DNA of 64,000 bases from Octopus vulgaris (taxonomy: Eukaryota): assembly GCA_951406725.2 (NCBI GenBank), contig OX597821.1, forward strand, positions 85,126,001-85,190,000, in the 5' to 3' direction. The position numbers and the translations under genes are program-made. Of this stretch, positions 25,972 through 41,156 are shown piece by piece; the stretch's first letter is position 1; the number at the start of each line of letters is the position of its first letter. Under the pieces are notes generated by a model. The model saw nothing but the letters and a program-made list of their open reading frames with translations. It did no database searches and had not been told where the DNA came from.

Positions 25972-27339
25972 GTAAATATATAATATATTTAATATAAAAA
26001 TATATATTTTTTTAGTTAAACCGTTACCTAGCTTCACTTAACGGTACTTGCTTTCTGCCACATTTTTTTCTTCATATTTCTAAAAATTGCATAGTGTGAA
26101 TGTCTATATATTGAAGATAATAAGGTAGATTGGGTACAAATTCGTAGTAGACATCGTTGTTTGATTATCTATTGTCTGTTAGTCCTAAATCATCAATCTT
26201 AGTTTAGTACACCTAAGTCATCAATCTTAGTTTAGTACACCTAAGTTGTGACTGTCTATGACTATAATATATTCTCACATACTCTTTTAACGGGGAGGAT
26301 ATGAGAATTTTGGCTGCTATATCTAGCAAGTCGAAGTCCCTTGTATATATGCTCCTTGTTCATACATAGTTACAGTAGTATACTGTATTTCTTGTTATCT
26401 TTTTTTTCTGTTCAGTTGACGTTACATCATCACCATTTTTGGGATAGTCTTGTATTTCCCATTTCAATAACTCCTGTTACTCAAATACAGATACCTGTAT
26501 ACATTCATTACGCATAATGGGCACAATCACGGTTTGGTGGTGTCTGGCACCGAGCTGTAATCATTCTACTAATATATATATATATATATATATCAGTGTG
26601 GTTTCATCGATAGCTCAGTTTAATTATTGATTAGCCAGTTGGTGATATTTGCTTCAAAATCTATAGTCTTACGTATGTACATACGTACATGTACTTAGCC
26701 ATAGAGCACATACATGTACCCCGTTCTGTAATATCCAATCTGTTGTTACAGAGAACACCTACAGCATTATATAATCTATATTATCCCCATAATTCTTACT
26801 GACGGAAACATTCGTGTATAAGCAATGACGGGTGTCTGTGTGGTCGCTCGATTTGCTAGAAATAGCAGCCAAGTCCTCATATCATATCATATCACATCAC
26901 ACCATATCGTCCCTCCCTCCTCTTCCTTAAAGGATTCATTAAACAATTCTGTTCTAAGGTCTTAAATGTACAAACGGTCGCGATGGTTACGACTGGAACG
27001 CCTTTAATTTGGCTGATATTTCTAGCTTAATCAGTGCTGATTTGGGGCTAAAGAAATACACATAAACGCATTTACACGTTGGCTACAGGAATATATATTA
27101 TAAAATTCTGATTTCTTAGCCCTATCTCACACTCTCAATGCACCCATTAAGCCCGACCTCTGGGTAAGGTCAGTTTAATTGGGTGATTCTAATGTCCAGA
27201 TCAAAACACAATATATTATCTTCTCTTCACTCAAATCATCCATTGTTCATTGAACTATGATCCAAAACAACAATTATGTTTTGAATTAAACACGCAATTT
27301 GAGACTTGAATGTATACAACAGTGTATACATATACATTT

Positions 27340-27372
<33 letters not shown>

Positions 27373-27475
27373 ATACACACATTCGCATGAGTGCGAATAT
27401 ACAGAACATACATGTATACAATTCACATATGCGAAGTGTGTATACATACACACATACATTATATATGTATATATA

Positions 27476-27506
<31 letters not shown>

Positions 27507-27624
27507 TTAATATTTAATATTACCTTCTTTAAGTAATGAAATATAACTAATTTCCTCAACAGGTATTAAATATGTTGTTTTTTTTTTGTTACTGATTCAA
27601 GAACTACAAGAAGCCAATTTATCC

Positions 27625-27661
<37 letters not shown>

Positions 27662-30446
27662 TACACACACACATACGTACGTATTTGAGAGACAGACATG
27701 CATATACTTATGTATGTGTGATCGGTCAGATTGTAATTGCTGAAAGCCTCTCTCTCTGTCTACGTAGCCATTTAGCATTATTGATTTCTATTGCTGGCTC
27801 TTATTTTTATGAGTACCTAATGTGTGTGTGTGTATACACCCGTACATATGTGTCTGTATGTATATATATTATACATACACACATATATATAATGTGTTTG
27901 TACTATCCTCTACTTACAGAGGAGATGAGACAGTGACATATACAGCCCTACACACATGTGTGTGCATGTGTAAACATACTGCAAAACGCAATCGTTATTT
28001 CATATTGGGCAAGAAAATCATTAGCATCATTATCATTTAATGTCTGTCTTTGCCACACTCACACTTTTTCTCAATGGAATATTGTCAGATTGTGTCTGTC
28101 TAGTCTGACTGTAATGAGCTGTACATCTATCTACCTCTCGCCATGGTGTATGTAACTCACTGTTTGGCTATATATAGACATCTACTACTAAACTCATTAC
28201 TATGTTCTTATTACCACGATTACTGCTTCTGCTACTACTGTAGCTAACCAATAATGCTGGTGGTGGTGCCATTGCGACTCTTCTGATTCGATCTGTCACC
28301 ATCTGTAATTTTTTTTTTCTTTTCTGTTTAGTCTCTTTTACTTTCAGATTCTTCTTCCAATGTTAATAGTCCGTTTGATTTACTTTCCTACTATTCTCAG
28401 TATATTTAAAAAAAAAAAACATCGCTACACTATTGATATTTTGGTAATGGAAGCGGTAGATGAAAGGGAAAATATAATTTACTTCCTGAACAAGGTTTTA
28501 AGACATCACAGTATTTTCTATATGGTTTGTCATCTCATAGAAGACCATCTTTGGCCATCTCTTTTGTTCTGTTAGCTTTGTTATAATAACTGAAATAATT
28601 GTAATAACGTTTAACATTAGTTATTTCAGAGATGGTTTTGGTTACATGGCTCTTCACTAGTAGCTTCACCTCCAGCTCTTGTACAGAACCCATTAGAACG
28701 CATTTCGCATTAAGCTCTCTGCCTTCATATTTTTTTCCTTTATAATCCAATGTAGCAAAACGGTTGTGCTGTTAAATTTTTATTCAACGTGTGTAATATA
28801 TATAAATAATACTGTTTATGTCTTTTAATCTCGTTGAAATCGTCAGTTGCCTCCTATTATCCGCCTTGTTCTGTTGTTGCACCAACTACGCATGGACCAG
28901 TCGCCATTATTTCATCACATGTCGTTTTACAATTTTCCCCAATCTACGATCCTTTGGCGGTGGCGGCGAATTCTATTTACGTCAACCCTCTCTATCGTTA
29001 TTATCTGTTTCTTGATTAATGAAATGCCTAAATAAATAGCTAACCTAAATTTATTTGCTGTCATCGTCACATACTCCAGAGCTATAATGGTGCGGGGGAT
29101 GATAGTCTAAAATACAAGTTAATCACCTCCAATTATTTTATATTGTGTTAACCAATGCCTTTCTGACGTTATGCTTAGCATCATTTCTGAATTTTCTGTA
29201 CGTTTTATCTCTCGATTATTACTAACTGCCCCTCCTCTCTCGACAGACATTCCTTTATGGTTAGATCTACGTGGATTAAACCAGCTTTATTTCATTATTT
29301 CTAACACCATTTTGTTAAATCTGTATCAATGCCAGCTCACTTTGTTTGGGCTGAAAGCTGGAGGCAGGTGGATGAATAAATTGCTGAAGTATTAAACACT
29401 TGAAAATGTTAAGTTTCGTACTGCGTGTAAACTAGTTTAGGTATATACGTCCCCTTTTACAGCCTTGTACTAATGTCTCTTTGCCATCCCCACTTCAAAA
29501 TTTAGTCTCCCTCTTCAGCACCACTTAAGCTACCCAATGAAGAAACATTTTTTCTTACTGTCTATTGTTAGAAGTTATGAATGAGATCCAACTGGTCTCC
29601 TTGCCTTCCTGTCCTAATTTATCTTCTACGAATCCCCCCCTTGCTCCATATCCTCACCAACCTAGCTTACTATCATCGGTGTTTTTATGTGGGTGTTAAA
29701 GCTGTCTCCCTCTGCATGGTTTTTATCAATTGAATTGCCCTCCCTAACTGACAGACCTCCTGCTGTGTGAAAGGGTCTGCTTAAGGGCAAATACTTCGAC
29801 TGTATCGTTTTAGAGAGCTCCCTTAATAATAATAATAATAATAATCAGGATTATTTTACAATATTTAATTAGTCCATCGCCTGCAGTAGCAATCTGAATA
29901 GTAAAAGTTGCCTGTCTGTTCTCCATGTCTAATTAGCTGATGATATAAAGTAATCCTCATTTCAGCTTACAGCAGTGTGTACCGTGTGCACCTCGCTTAC
30001 TACGGCTTGTAAGTGAAGGTAGAATTTGTTAGCTTGTTCGAGGAATATACCTCCGTTAATTGCAATCTTTGTTTCCTTGACAACGAAGCTGCTACAACCT
30101 GTAAAAGTAATTTGTTACTCAACAGGCAATGCATGTTTGTTGATTCCATAGTTGGGTTTCTTTAACACTGCTACCAGAGGTTCTGTTACATCATTCCACT
30201 GTTACTGTATCTGGCAGTAATGATGTCGATTGCTATTAAACCCCCAAACAAGAATTGGACCCCCTGTCTGATTGACACATGTTTATTGTTTAGTCCCCTA
30301 AGGTCAATCTGATCGAGCAGGCCTATTGATCAAAGCATTCTGATCGTGTTCATCATCCCACCTTTTTGTATATCATGGACTAGAGACAGTAGGATGTAAT
30401 TTGAGAGAGAGATAGCTAACACTTCCAGCAATAATTCAGATCCAGA

Positions 30447-30660
30447 AGGCGGCGAGCTGGTAGAAACGTTAGCACACCGGTCGAAATGCTTAGCTGTTTT
30501 TCGTCTGTCTTTACGTTCTGAGTTCAAATTCTGCCGAGGTCGACTTTGCTTTCATCCTCTCGGGGTCGATAAATTAAGTACCAGTTGTGTACTGGTGTCG
30601 ATCTAATCGACTGGCCCTCTCACCCAAAATTTCGGGCCTTGTGCCTTAGAGTAGAAAAGA
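30447..30660 (+). mobile_element. SINE family B (intron 1)
   Basis: Full head and body; most CpGs retained. Confidence 0.85.
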
Positions 30661-33600
30661 ATAATTCACATCCAGATAAGTAATACTTCTGTCGATTGGT
30701 ATTAGTTACTGAAATTGTTCATTTATGGTTGTCGTCTGTTTCCAAATAATATTGTAACACAATATGCCAGGTTAAACTTCATCGAGCAAACGAGAGCTTC
30801 TGAGAGGTTGCCTGATCTGCTAAAAGATAGCAATTCGTACTTCTGTCTCATTCACTGCTAATATATAGCTGACTAATCAAGTCTTATCTCTATTTAGGCC
30901 CATCCGACTTGGTCATAAACGCATAGTGTGTATTCGTCACCCATAGTCCCTTACTAATCACATTTCAATCTTTTCTTCCTTCTTAGAGACGTGAGTCCTC
31001 AGAAATTCTTCGCCTACCTTTTGTCTAATAACACCAGCCATGTTGATGTCACTATGCCTACAAACAAGATCATTAAAACATCAAAAGGAAGGACACCTCG
31101 AATGGCGTAGTCTTTAAGACATTAGCAGACAGCCATTGCTGGGGCACTTTTGTTGGCCAATCTATTTAATCGGGTCAGCCTAATGAATATTTATGATCAA
31201 GTTGGCTTTGAATTTGGTTAATACACATTCATGTTGTTTAACCTCGGTCAACTTAATCGAGCAGATCTATGGTCTGTCGTTTCAATTGTGTCCCTTTTGT
31301 ATATCATTGTTTATTGTATTCTCTTTTTGCTAACCCAATACGGGGTGGGATATATGCAAAATACTTCGAGACATGCGCTGGTTCATGTGTGTGCGTGCGC
31401 GCGCACTATTGCTAATTGTTTTAAGTGCCTCTGTCGTCGTGAGCCGACAGAGAGACCGCTCTGCCTCTTGATCCTCAGGAAGCATCCAGGATGTGATAAC
31501 TACAGGGAAAAAAGGGGGGTTGTACCAGCCCCCTGGAGCAACTTGAAATGAGCCGTTTTGCTCAGTAGGTGAACAGCTTCAACACCTAAAATAAGAACGC
31601 CGACGGTAGTAAACTGTCGATGAGGAAATGGAACGAAGGACAATTCGTACCAGATAATTAGCAGAGCAATCGAAGCCCGCTGCCTTAATCTAACCGCAAT
31701 GCCACGTGCCTGTGTGTGATGGATATGTCTACAAAACATAAAGTGAGAACTGCTCGATAGACTTATATTTTACTCTTTTTAAATTGTGGCATTTCTATCG
31801 AGTAATCTTTTTATTATTTCATTCACACGTTGAATAATAAACCTTAGCGGGATGTTTATTCTACTGTAATTTGTGTGTGTGTCTAATAATGTCCACCACT
31901 CAACTTGGCACCTCGGCTTTTCAGATCTTAAGAGGGGTCATACTCAATCTTATTCCTTAGATCCATGCTAAATAGTTTCCGTACTTTCTTCCGTTGGAGC
32001 GTTTGGTTGTGTTGCTATTTGGAATGGTTTTAAGCCTGCGAGTGTTTAGTAGGCGTTTTTTCTGTTTTCCTCTTTGTATCAGTGTTTATATACTCAGCTC
32101 CGCATGTTATACATCACATTGTGTTTCCAGTAATTTTTCGTGTCCCACAATCGGTTCACTCTGCAGAATGTTGATCGTTTCGCCTTAGAATTGTTGCTTT
32201 TTACTACCCCCACTTAATCACAATCAGTCTTCGGTTTCATGTCTTACTTTGGCTAAATTCTAAACCATGTGATGTGTTTGTGTTTCGGACAGTAGTTTAA
32301 ATATAATTTCTATCCGACCTCTGACCCCCCCCCCCCATGTTGCTAATTTTTTCGTTCTTTACTAGCCAGCCAAGCATTGAATTCGTAGCAGTTCTTTTTG
32401 TTGCATATAATTATCAAGTTTACTTTAGTACTATTAGCGTAACAAATCTCTCTTTCTCCCTCTCTCTCGGAAGCTGTTTATAAACTAGAAAAACAAAAGA
32501 TAGAACAGTGTGCGAGTTGGTCAGAGAAGCCTGTTGTTTTAGTGCCAGATCAAAAATGTTCCAGTCAAGACCATCCCATCTTGTTCCAGATGAGATCGGT
32601 TTCTTAACACATGGTATAAACCCTCGCTATATGTATAATGGGACTTAAGATTTTCGCCAGTGGTTTTAGCAACGTGGGACGGTTTTTACCTCTGGTTACA
32701 ACTGCTCCGAGCCACGACCATCGCATCCTTTTTTTTATAAGGCAGTGGACTATGTATAGTATCTTTAGTTTTGCTGACCGAAAAAAAAAATGTGGAAAAT
32801 CTTATTTTTTATAGCAAGCCGATTGAGAGTTTAGATAATCTCATGTAGGCTGGGACAAACTGGTGTTCTCCGGTATCTTCGTTATATCTGCTAATTTTAC
32901 CAAAATCATTTTATTGTTATTTGAAACAGCGAGCAACTGTTGTTTCTAATTTTATACTGATGACTTCACTTTCAGTTGATTAGTGTGACAGTCAAACCAA
33001 CATTGACTTTTATCTCTGGTACCACACGTGGCAACCATCTCCACCACCACCTGCTCACATTATTAACTGTCGGCCATGTTACATTGTTTGTGTGTGTGTT
33101 CAGTTCTGATCGTGTCGACTAACAGACAGTCAGAAGCGTTCCGACCATGACAGTCTTCTCTTTTGTTTTTCTAGGACCACATTGTCCAATATGTCCCGTT
33201 TAAAAAATTAATAGGCTTCGATTTTTAGGAGATTTTAGCTCTTGTTTCAAGCAGCTCGAGCGAATGCTTAGAGGCTTTGTAAATCTGTGTGGAGAGAATG
33301 AGAGAATATACTCATTATTTATTCCCTTATTCTCCATTATTTATTCCCTTATTCTTCATTATTTATTCAGTCGAGACGAGAAATATGTTTGCTCTATGTT
33401 TATTATTATTATTATTATTACTATTGGTTCTCTAGTTTCTCACCTGTTTCTACCTTTCTTCTTTGCCCACGTATTATTAATGTCTAGTTTCATGACTACA
33501 AATCGGAATTGTGACAGTTTAATAAAAAAAAAACAGCCTTTTAATTCTCCCCTAATTGGTCACCGTCGTTATTTGGTAACATTTATTATTTCCAGTCTAT

Positions 33601-35596
33601 AACAGAGTTGATGAATAGAAAATGTTTCCTTCACTGGATTGCAATGTGCTTCGTTTGTACACTTATATGATATGAACTTTTAATCTTAGGCAGTGCAAAC
33701 CGTGACTATTGTCACCTCTTTAAATGTAGACAGAATTGAGAACCGCATTATCCTTAATGCATCCCTCTTTTGAAGACTTGTATGTGATTTAGGGGAGATT
33801 TGACTGCTATTTCTTCAGGCAGTAAGTTTTATGTGGCCTCTCAACCAGTTAGAAATAGCAGCTAATTCACTACGAAGGAGTAATTAATAATATAAAAGAA
33901 ATATCTAATGTTCAAAACATGTCTCTTTCAGAAAGTGCTTCATCAAAATAGAATAAACCGGCTTTGCTTGTTGCTTATGAAATTTCCAGTAGTTTCGTCT
34001 TGTAAAACACATCATTTATGCTGCTGGACACAACGATGGTCTGCTAGTTTCTGCTGTCCAATGCCTTACCTCCTCTCTGGCCATTGCCAGTCTCTGCAAC
34101 CCTCTACTATTTCTCATTGATTATATTGAACAGTTTATAGTTAAATGGGCATTGAATAACCAGCTTTTCTTATCAAAAATATCCTTTTATGTACATGCGT
34201 CGGCATTCAACAGTCATCTGTTGCTTACATATATTTATTATCATTATTATTATTACTATGTCCGAGTAAAGCCCTGATTCTAGAGTCTATGCTGTAATTT
34301 TTAGTTTCGTCTGGACTGAAGCTGTTGTGACGGGTGAGTTGCTTCAAGGTTGGTTTGAAATTGATTTAAATCGAAGCCTTATGATTATCGAGAACTGTAA
34401 ATTGAAAGTTCTTCATAAACTGAGGATTTTTCGATTCACCCTAGAATATATTCACTGATGTCCTTGGGGGGGGGGGACTTTATCTTCCCTGCTCCTGGAA
34501 AGAAACCACTATCCACCAAGTTGTAGGGGTTTATTACTTCGCTGAATGCTTCAATCTTATAAAATCATTCGTAAACGTTCTAACATCGACTGCTTTCTAC
34601 TGCGTGACATTTCTAGAAATGTATTTATTCATTACCAGCTGACCGTCGTACACCCCCCCTCTCTCTCTCAATACCCTGAAGAAGGCAGTGCGTTTAGATT
34701 ATGTCTTTGGCATTGGGCATTTTATCCCTCTCCATAGTAAGGCTGTTTAATGTGTGTGTGTGTAGTCTGGATTTTGTGTGTACAATCCAGTTAATCTGTA
34801 TTGTATTTATTGTCAGTCCGACTGAGCTTTGTATGTTCAAGTCGTTTCTGATTGGGTTGTGTAGTGTGTGTCAATCTGATTAACGTTTCTACCTTGGTTG
34901 TGTGTCAAGGTGACCATATCGATTTTTTTTTAATACACACATTCGTTGGCACACATTGTCTTGTTATGAAATTGTGTTGAGTTCTTCCTGTTTCTCTACC
35001 TTGCAGGCAATTAGCTTCAACACAAGTTCTCGGCTAAGATAATGTCAGATAGCCATGGCTGTTTTAGTCGCGTCCATCTGTCTCGGAAATTCTTGGATGG
35101 AGAGAAGCCATTTCTGAAGACATTGTTATTAGTGTCTCGGTGTATGTGTTGTGTACGTATTCGTTTCTCCGAAAGTTCATGTAAATGCGTGAAACAAGTC
35201 CACCGCAATCTCTGGTTTCACAGCAGTAGATAATGCCGCATATGACTAGTTGTAGTAGCTGTGGAGAGTTTTATTTCTTTTACATCGTCGAAGAACCTGG
35301 AAACGCTTTACTCGACTATTCTACCTCTGCCTTAAATGAAATGGTATTTCAGGTTCCAGCCTGATCTCTTTCCCAATATTAAAGCACTTATCTCAGCTTT
35401 TGCTGCCATGTGCTTTCCGAATGGTCTTCCTTTACACATTCTGTGATTATAAATACAACTTATTTACTATAGTTTTTCTCTTTCTGCCTCCGTGTTTTGC
35501 CTGTAGTACTAGCTAATCCTTAGTCACAAGGTTGCCTATTTAAAAAAAAAAACGCTTTATCTAGTATCAATCAACTCGTTATTTAATTATTTGTGA

Positions 35597-35992
35597 CTAG
35601 CAGTATCGCCCGGCGTTGCTCGGGTTTGTAAGGGAAATAACTATATACGCATTTTTAGAGATGTAAAGTATAATAGCCATCTCAATATGGCTAACCACAA
35701 AGGGGGGGAGGCTGTTACTGTAGCTTTTTACGTTCTGAGATTTAATAAATTTTTAGAGAGTTACTTCCCTTATATGCCAAAAATGCATTAAAAATGGGAA
35801 AAACTGATGGTAAATTTATTTTTAAATCGTAGACTCATCGTAGACGCGCGCTAATACCCAGAAGGGCTCGATATGAATCACGACTATAAGATACCCTGTT
35901 TTGGTTAAACTGCACCGCAAAATGTGGGAGTAGTTAGGAATCTAAATCGTAGGAGACAGACAGACACACAACTTCACTTTTATATATAAAGA
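35597..35992 (-). mobile_element. Non-autonomous Helitron, longer variant
   Basis: Same TC...hairpin-CTAG termini and A|T site as 16509-16802, with about 100 extra internal bp. Confidence 0.85.
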
Positions 35993-36470
35993 TGTCTGAT
36001 TGTAGAAATAGACAGAATTTTATTGAATAACATAGTTCTTTTATATCTTTACTATGTCAATTTTTTCTCATTCCTCTCCTGTCGATAAAATAAGTCGTGC
36101 ACTGAGGGTCGAGTAAAGTTAACTTGTACCCTTGTGCCAAAGTTGGAAATCTTTCAGAATATGGAAACTAACTGCTGATTGCTGAAATGAATGTCCATGA
36201 TAGTATTAGCTTTTTGTTTTAATGCTTTGATTGTGCCTTTTGGTTGTTTTTCTCATGTGTTACGTGTTCAACTTGTTTAAAATTCAATTGCATCTGTTAT
36301 AGTTTTGTAAATAACAATAAAATGATTCTATCCTGAATTTTCTAACTTGTTTTATTCTTTTGTGTTTTTGAACACTTATCTCTCTATCTCAGGTTCAAGG
36401 CATTATTCAAGTGATATTGACAGCATAGACATAAAAGGTTTGATAAAAAAAATATTTGTATAACTAGGGT

Positions 36471-36701
36471 CAAAAAGCACCATCCGTCCGTAGCCATTTG
36501 CCAGCTCCGTCTGGCACCTGTGCAGGTGGCACGTAAAAAGCACCCACTACACTCGCGGAGTGGTTGACGTTAGGAAGGGCATCCAGCCGTAGAAACACTG
36601 CCAGATCAGACTGGGCCTGGTGCAGCCTTCTGGCTTCAGACCCCAGTTGAACCGTCCAACCCATGCTAGCATGGAAAGCGGACGCTAAATGACGATGATG
36701 A
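36471..36701 (+). mobile_element. Retroposon family D with (GAT)n tail (possibly RTE-related)
   Basis: GGCACGTAAAAAGCACCCACTACAC...TTAGGAAGGGCATCCAGCCGTAGAAAC...CCAACCCATGCTAGCATGGA...(GAT)n; many copies downstream. Confidence 0.8.
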
Positions 36702-39700
36702 AGTTTCTTTTGGCCCTTTACTCCGTCCTTATCAAATCACATTTTTTAGAGCCAACAACATTCACAAGTTGAAAGCTCTCGATCTGCTAAATTTAACTAC
36801 CAAGCCTCCTAGTGTCTTTAAAAATGGAGGAACACATTAGATAAAATAGTTTGATGAAGAAAGACAGAACTGTTATGGCTAGATTGCCTTTTGTCAGATC
36901 TGCTTCTTCAGATATGACCTGGGTCGAAACAATGACCATCAATCAAAATTTGTAAGTTTTCAAAATGATTGTGTATACTATTACGTTAGTACTCTTAGTA
37001 CCACTTAGAAGCGTGTACATGCTGAATTTGCACTGCCCGTTTCTTACCCTACCATCCTATTACTGGGTCCATTGCTGTTTTTCTTTCTGTAATTTTGAAT
37101 AGACCACTTGTTGCTCTTCCACTGTTGATGGTTGGAATTTCAATTTTTCAATAGCAACAGCTTGTTCAAGTATGATAAGGTAGGAACAATGGTTACACAA
37201 AGTAACAGTGTTAGGGTCCATAGCGTGTTTCCGATAAAAGTTTTGTACAGGGTACTTTCATGGTATCTCAGTAAACCAATGTAATTAAACCTAGAATATA
37301 AAATATTTTCTACTTTTGCTTTATGTAAATATTGCTTTTTAAAACTATATTTTAAAGATCTAGTTTATATTCATTGTAGTAGTGTTATAGTTGTAAGTTT
37401 CAAATGAATTAGCTGAGAGTGATTTTTAGAAGTTAGCATTGATATTGTGAAGGAATTTTGTAGATGTGTATTTTTCCTTTTCTTCTGCCACACTTACCTC
37501 ATAAGGTGGCAATTACCTAAAATCTAATGACTTAGGCAGTACTGCAGATTTAAAAGCAGCAATAGTTTTTCAAAAGGCATAGGTCTTAATGTGAAAGACT
37601 TATGCCTTATGAGGCATAAGTCTTTGATGTGTAAGTGGGCTAGGAATATGGAATATTGGGAAGACTTTGGTATTTTCATGAAGGACTGTGTTGAATACAT
37701 AGTAATAGTTTATATGTAAAGTATATATGCACGATTATCATATCAAGTAGGCTATTTCAGAATATTGTGCAATCACAGTTTTAATATTATCTATTAAAAC
37801 AAAATGTAGGCAGTGATTTCAATTGTGAATTATCAGGGAAATGCACTCACTTTGTATTTGTCTTATTGTTTTGTAATCTTTATCAGAGAATAGCATAGCC
37901 AGTGAAAGAAACCAAATGTACCGTGCTGTGTGTGTGTGTACATATATATATATATATATGTATACATACATACAGCATGACTTATGAATCAGTTTAGCAG
38001 ACAATTTTGTTGGGATTCGTTTGTGAGATGTAGGGGAAAATGAAATATATATACTTGTAATTTTGCTTTTGCTTGAAAGTTGATAGATTTGGTAACTTCC
38101 ACATCTCTACCTGTTTGTATTTTCCATACTCTCTGCAGCTTCTGTACTTGCCATTTACGCACGGCCAAAGCTCTCTATTCATCACCAGGCACCAGGTGGT
38201 AGTTGGGGCTTAAAGACGAAGGAAAAGATGGAACTTCTGCAGCAGCTAACGCAAGACGTGATGAAATATCGCTTTACTTTTTGACTAGGCACAAAAGTCC
38301 TCTCCAAAAAGCTTAGTAGTGTAAGTGAAGTGAATTCTATATGGTTTCAGTTTGCTGGAAGCTTACCTCTTTCCCTATGGTGTTCACCATGGTGGTAGTG
38401 GATTGTTAATTAAGATACATAGCTTACAATAGATTCCTATTGTGAGTTATGTAGCTTTTATTTCTCTCAATCAACCATTTTGTTTTTATATATACATTGT
38501 AAGAAATGAATATTGTTTTTTCTAAACATCAAATAGAATTATTTTGGATGAATTTTCTTTATTTCTGTAAAATAGTGTCTATAACTGACTCATTAATAAT
38601 ACTTGTTCTAAATTCTTAGATGGATTAATATCAACAACAGTGAAGTCTTCTCCCCCTCCACTCACAGCATAGTATTTCTGATTAGATTTTTCACAATGAA
38701 ATTCTTTTTTCTTTCAGATAGTATCTCTAATTATAACCTCAGTCATTTATTTTATTAAGTTAGACTTAGTAGTTAAGAAGAGGTAACCATGTGCAACTGA
38801 AATGTAATTCACAATCTACAAGATAGTTCTATTCTATTAAAATTTTACATAGCTTGTAGCCAAAACTAACCAAAGCAAGAGCTTACGAGTTTGCTTGATC
38901 TGCTAGAAAGATCAGTCAAATCTTAATTATATCCTGCCATCTCAAAAACGAAACTGTATATTGAATGATGTGGTCCTAAATGTATTATTACACACACACG
39001 CAAAAAAACAATCAAGGCCAAATCTCGCATTTTTTTACCTGTTAGACTGCAGCCATGGTAGAGCAACACTTTGAAGAGTTTTAATTTAATTAAATAAATT
39101 CTAGTACTTTTATTTTCCCTCGTTGTCTTAGAGAATTCTCTCTGATCATTTTTGATATGTGCAATCTCTTCCTTCTGTTCACTTCATATATATATATATA
39201 TACTCACACATCATCCTTTGTTTGTCTTAGTAGAAACTGGGAATCCTGCTTTTCTCCTAATTCTCTCTAGTTTCCAATTTCAACAAAGAAGCACTATTGG
39301 TTTAAGTTGCTATGGTAACTGTAATAGCTAGTCACACCAAGTAAAATATTAGCAATACATTTTAATGATATTAAACTATTGCTTACTTCATTCTACTTGG
39401 TAGTTTTCCAGTAAAAAATATAATGGTTTTATAGCTTAAACATCTATGTATGTGTGTGTACATATATATACACCCACGCATGCATACACATACAATGCAT
39501 GCTAAAGTTGACACTAGAGTTCTGTGCAACCCTGTGGTTTATCAGATCCTGTCAAAGCATCCAACCTATTTCACTATTATACACACACACACACACATGC
39601 ATCATCCCCTTTCTGTGTCTTCATTCATTGTTCTCTCTCCCCCTTCTGCTGCACCTTATACCTATGACTGTCAGTACCCTTTCTGAGCCACTCCTATACA

Positions 39701-41156
39701 TCTCAATTCTGCCCCATCTCTAACCATCTTTCTTCACACTCTATTGAAGCATCCTCCTGCCCATTCATCCTGTCCAATCCCTTGTACCACTTCACTTACC
39801 TTCATCTCCACTGTACCTTGAAAGTATGTCCAACACTCTCCTCCACTGCCATCTTCCTTTCACTTCCAACTGGGGTAGCCATGTGTTTCATCTAAAGCAA
39901 GACACCCATCTCTATTGCTCTTTTATACTTAAACCTCTGATCAACTGGCACAAAGCCACCTCCTCCCTCAATACTACTCCCACTCCTTGTCATGTGAGTC
40001 TTTGTCTTGCAAGTTACTTTGTGACTCCAGTGGTACTGGTGCCATGTAAAAAGCACCCAGTACATTATGAAATGGTTAGCCTTAGGAATGGCATCCAGCC
40101 ATAGAAACCATGCCAAAATAGACAAAAGAGCTTTGCACTGTCCACTGGCTTGCCAACTCCTGTCAAAGTGTCTAACCCATGCCAGCATGGAATGCAGATG
40201 TCAAATGATGATACTACTGCCCATAACTTGTTTAGGTAGAACACTAAATGCATTAAAGTTGGTACAAGGGACCCTCATCAAATCTAACTTTCAATATTTC
40301 AGAAAGATTGCATGGTTAAGGTTTCACCTAAGAACTTTTACTCATTTTATTTCTTTCGCAGCTCTTTAAGCTATTAATTAATGAGTTCTTGTCCTATAAA
40401 TGTTCATACTTTACATTGTATTATGTGAAAAATAGATTTGTATTTTCAAAAATATTTCATGTATTTCTCATCACAGTTTTACTATTTCACCCACCTTGTG
40501 GTTGTTCAATCCAGTGCTCTATAGTACTGTTGGCAGAGGCCATTCAGTTGCAATAATTCAAGCCATGTCTCCAGTCTGAAGATAACTTCCTCCTTTCTTT
40601 CTACCAATCTTGGGAGTCCTTGAACAATTAACAGTCAAGAGCACTGCTCTTCCCTCCATGACTAATTGGGGCGGAAAATAATATATAGCTTATAGGATGA
40701 GAAGTTGATTATAGTTATTAATTCGAAATATTTTACAAAAATGACCATTCCATTAGTTATATCTTCAGTGGCATACATATCGTTACTTAATTTTGCTGTT
40801 CAAGCAAAAGAACTGCATTTTTACGCAGGGCTGATTTGACTGTCCTTCCTATTTACTCCTTGAGCTGAGAAGTTTGAGTTTAATTAAAATAATGAATGTA
40901 TGTGTTTAGATTGAACAAACCTATGTGTGATCAAAAGCCTTGGCTGCTAATTCCATAGGTATACACATTTTTTCGAGTTCAAGGAATTATTTTGTCTGTT
41001 TATCTTCGTGATGTTTCATGTTGATGCCTTAGTATAACTAGTGTCACCTTACAAACAAATTTAGTATATAGTGTTTTAGGTTCGAAACAAATGTGACGTT
41101 TATTTTCTGAGTAAGACACTACAGATCCTTTGTCTGCTGTGTTTACAAACTAGTTT

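Noticed and set aside
34675-34760. CTGAAGAAGG as another hammerhead core (also about 51081)
   Set aside because: No closing stem II or GAAA box found at a suitable distance.
38718-38782. Other possible leader exons (AG at 38717/GT at 38783; acceptors near 26415 and 35006)
   Set aside because: Splice-like signals only, with no coding or compositional support; direct exon 1 to exon 2 splicing already gives the expected uORF.
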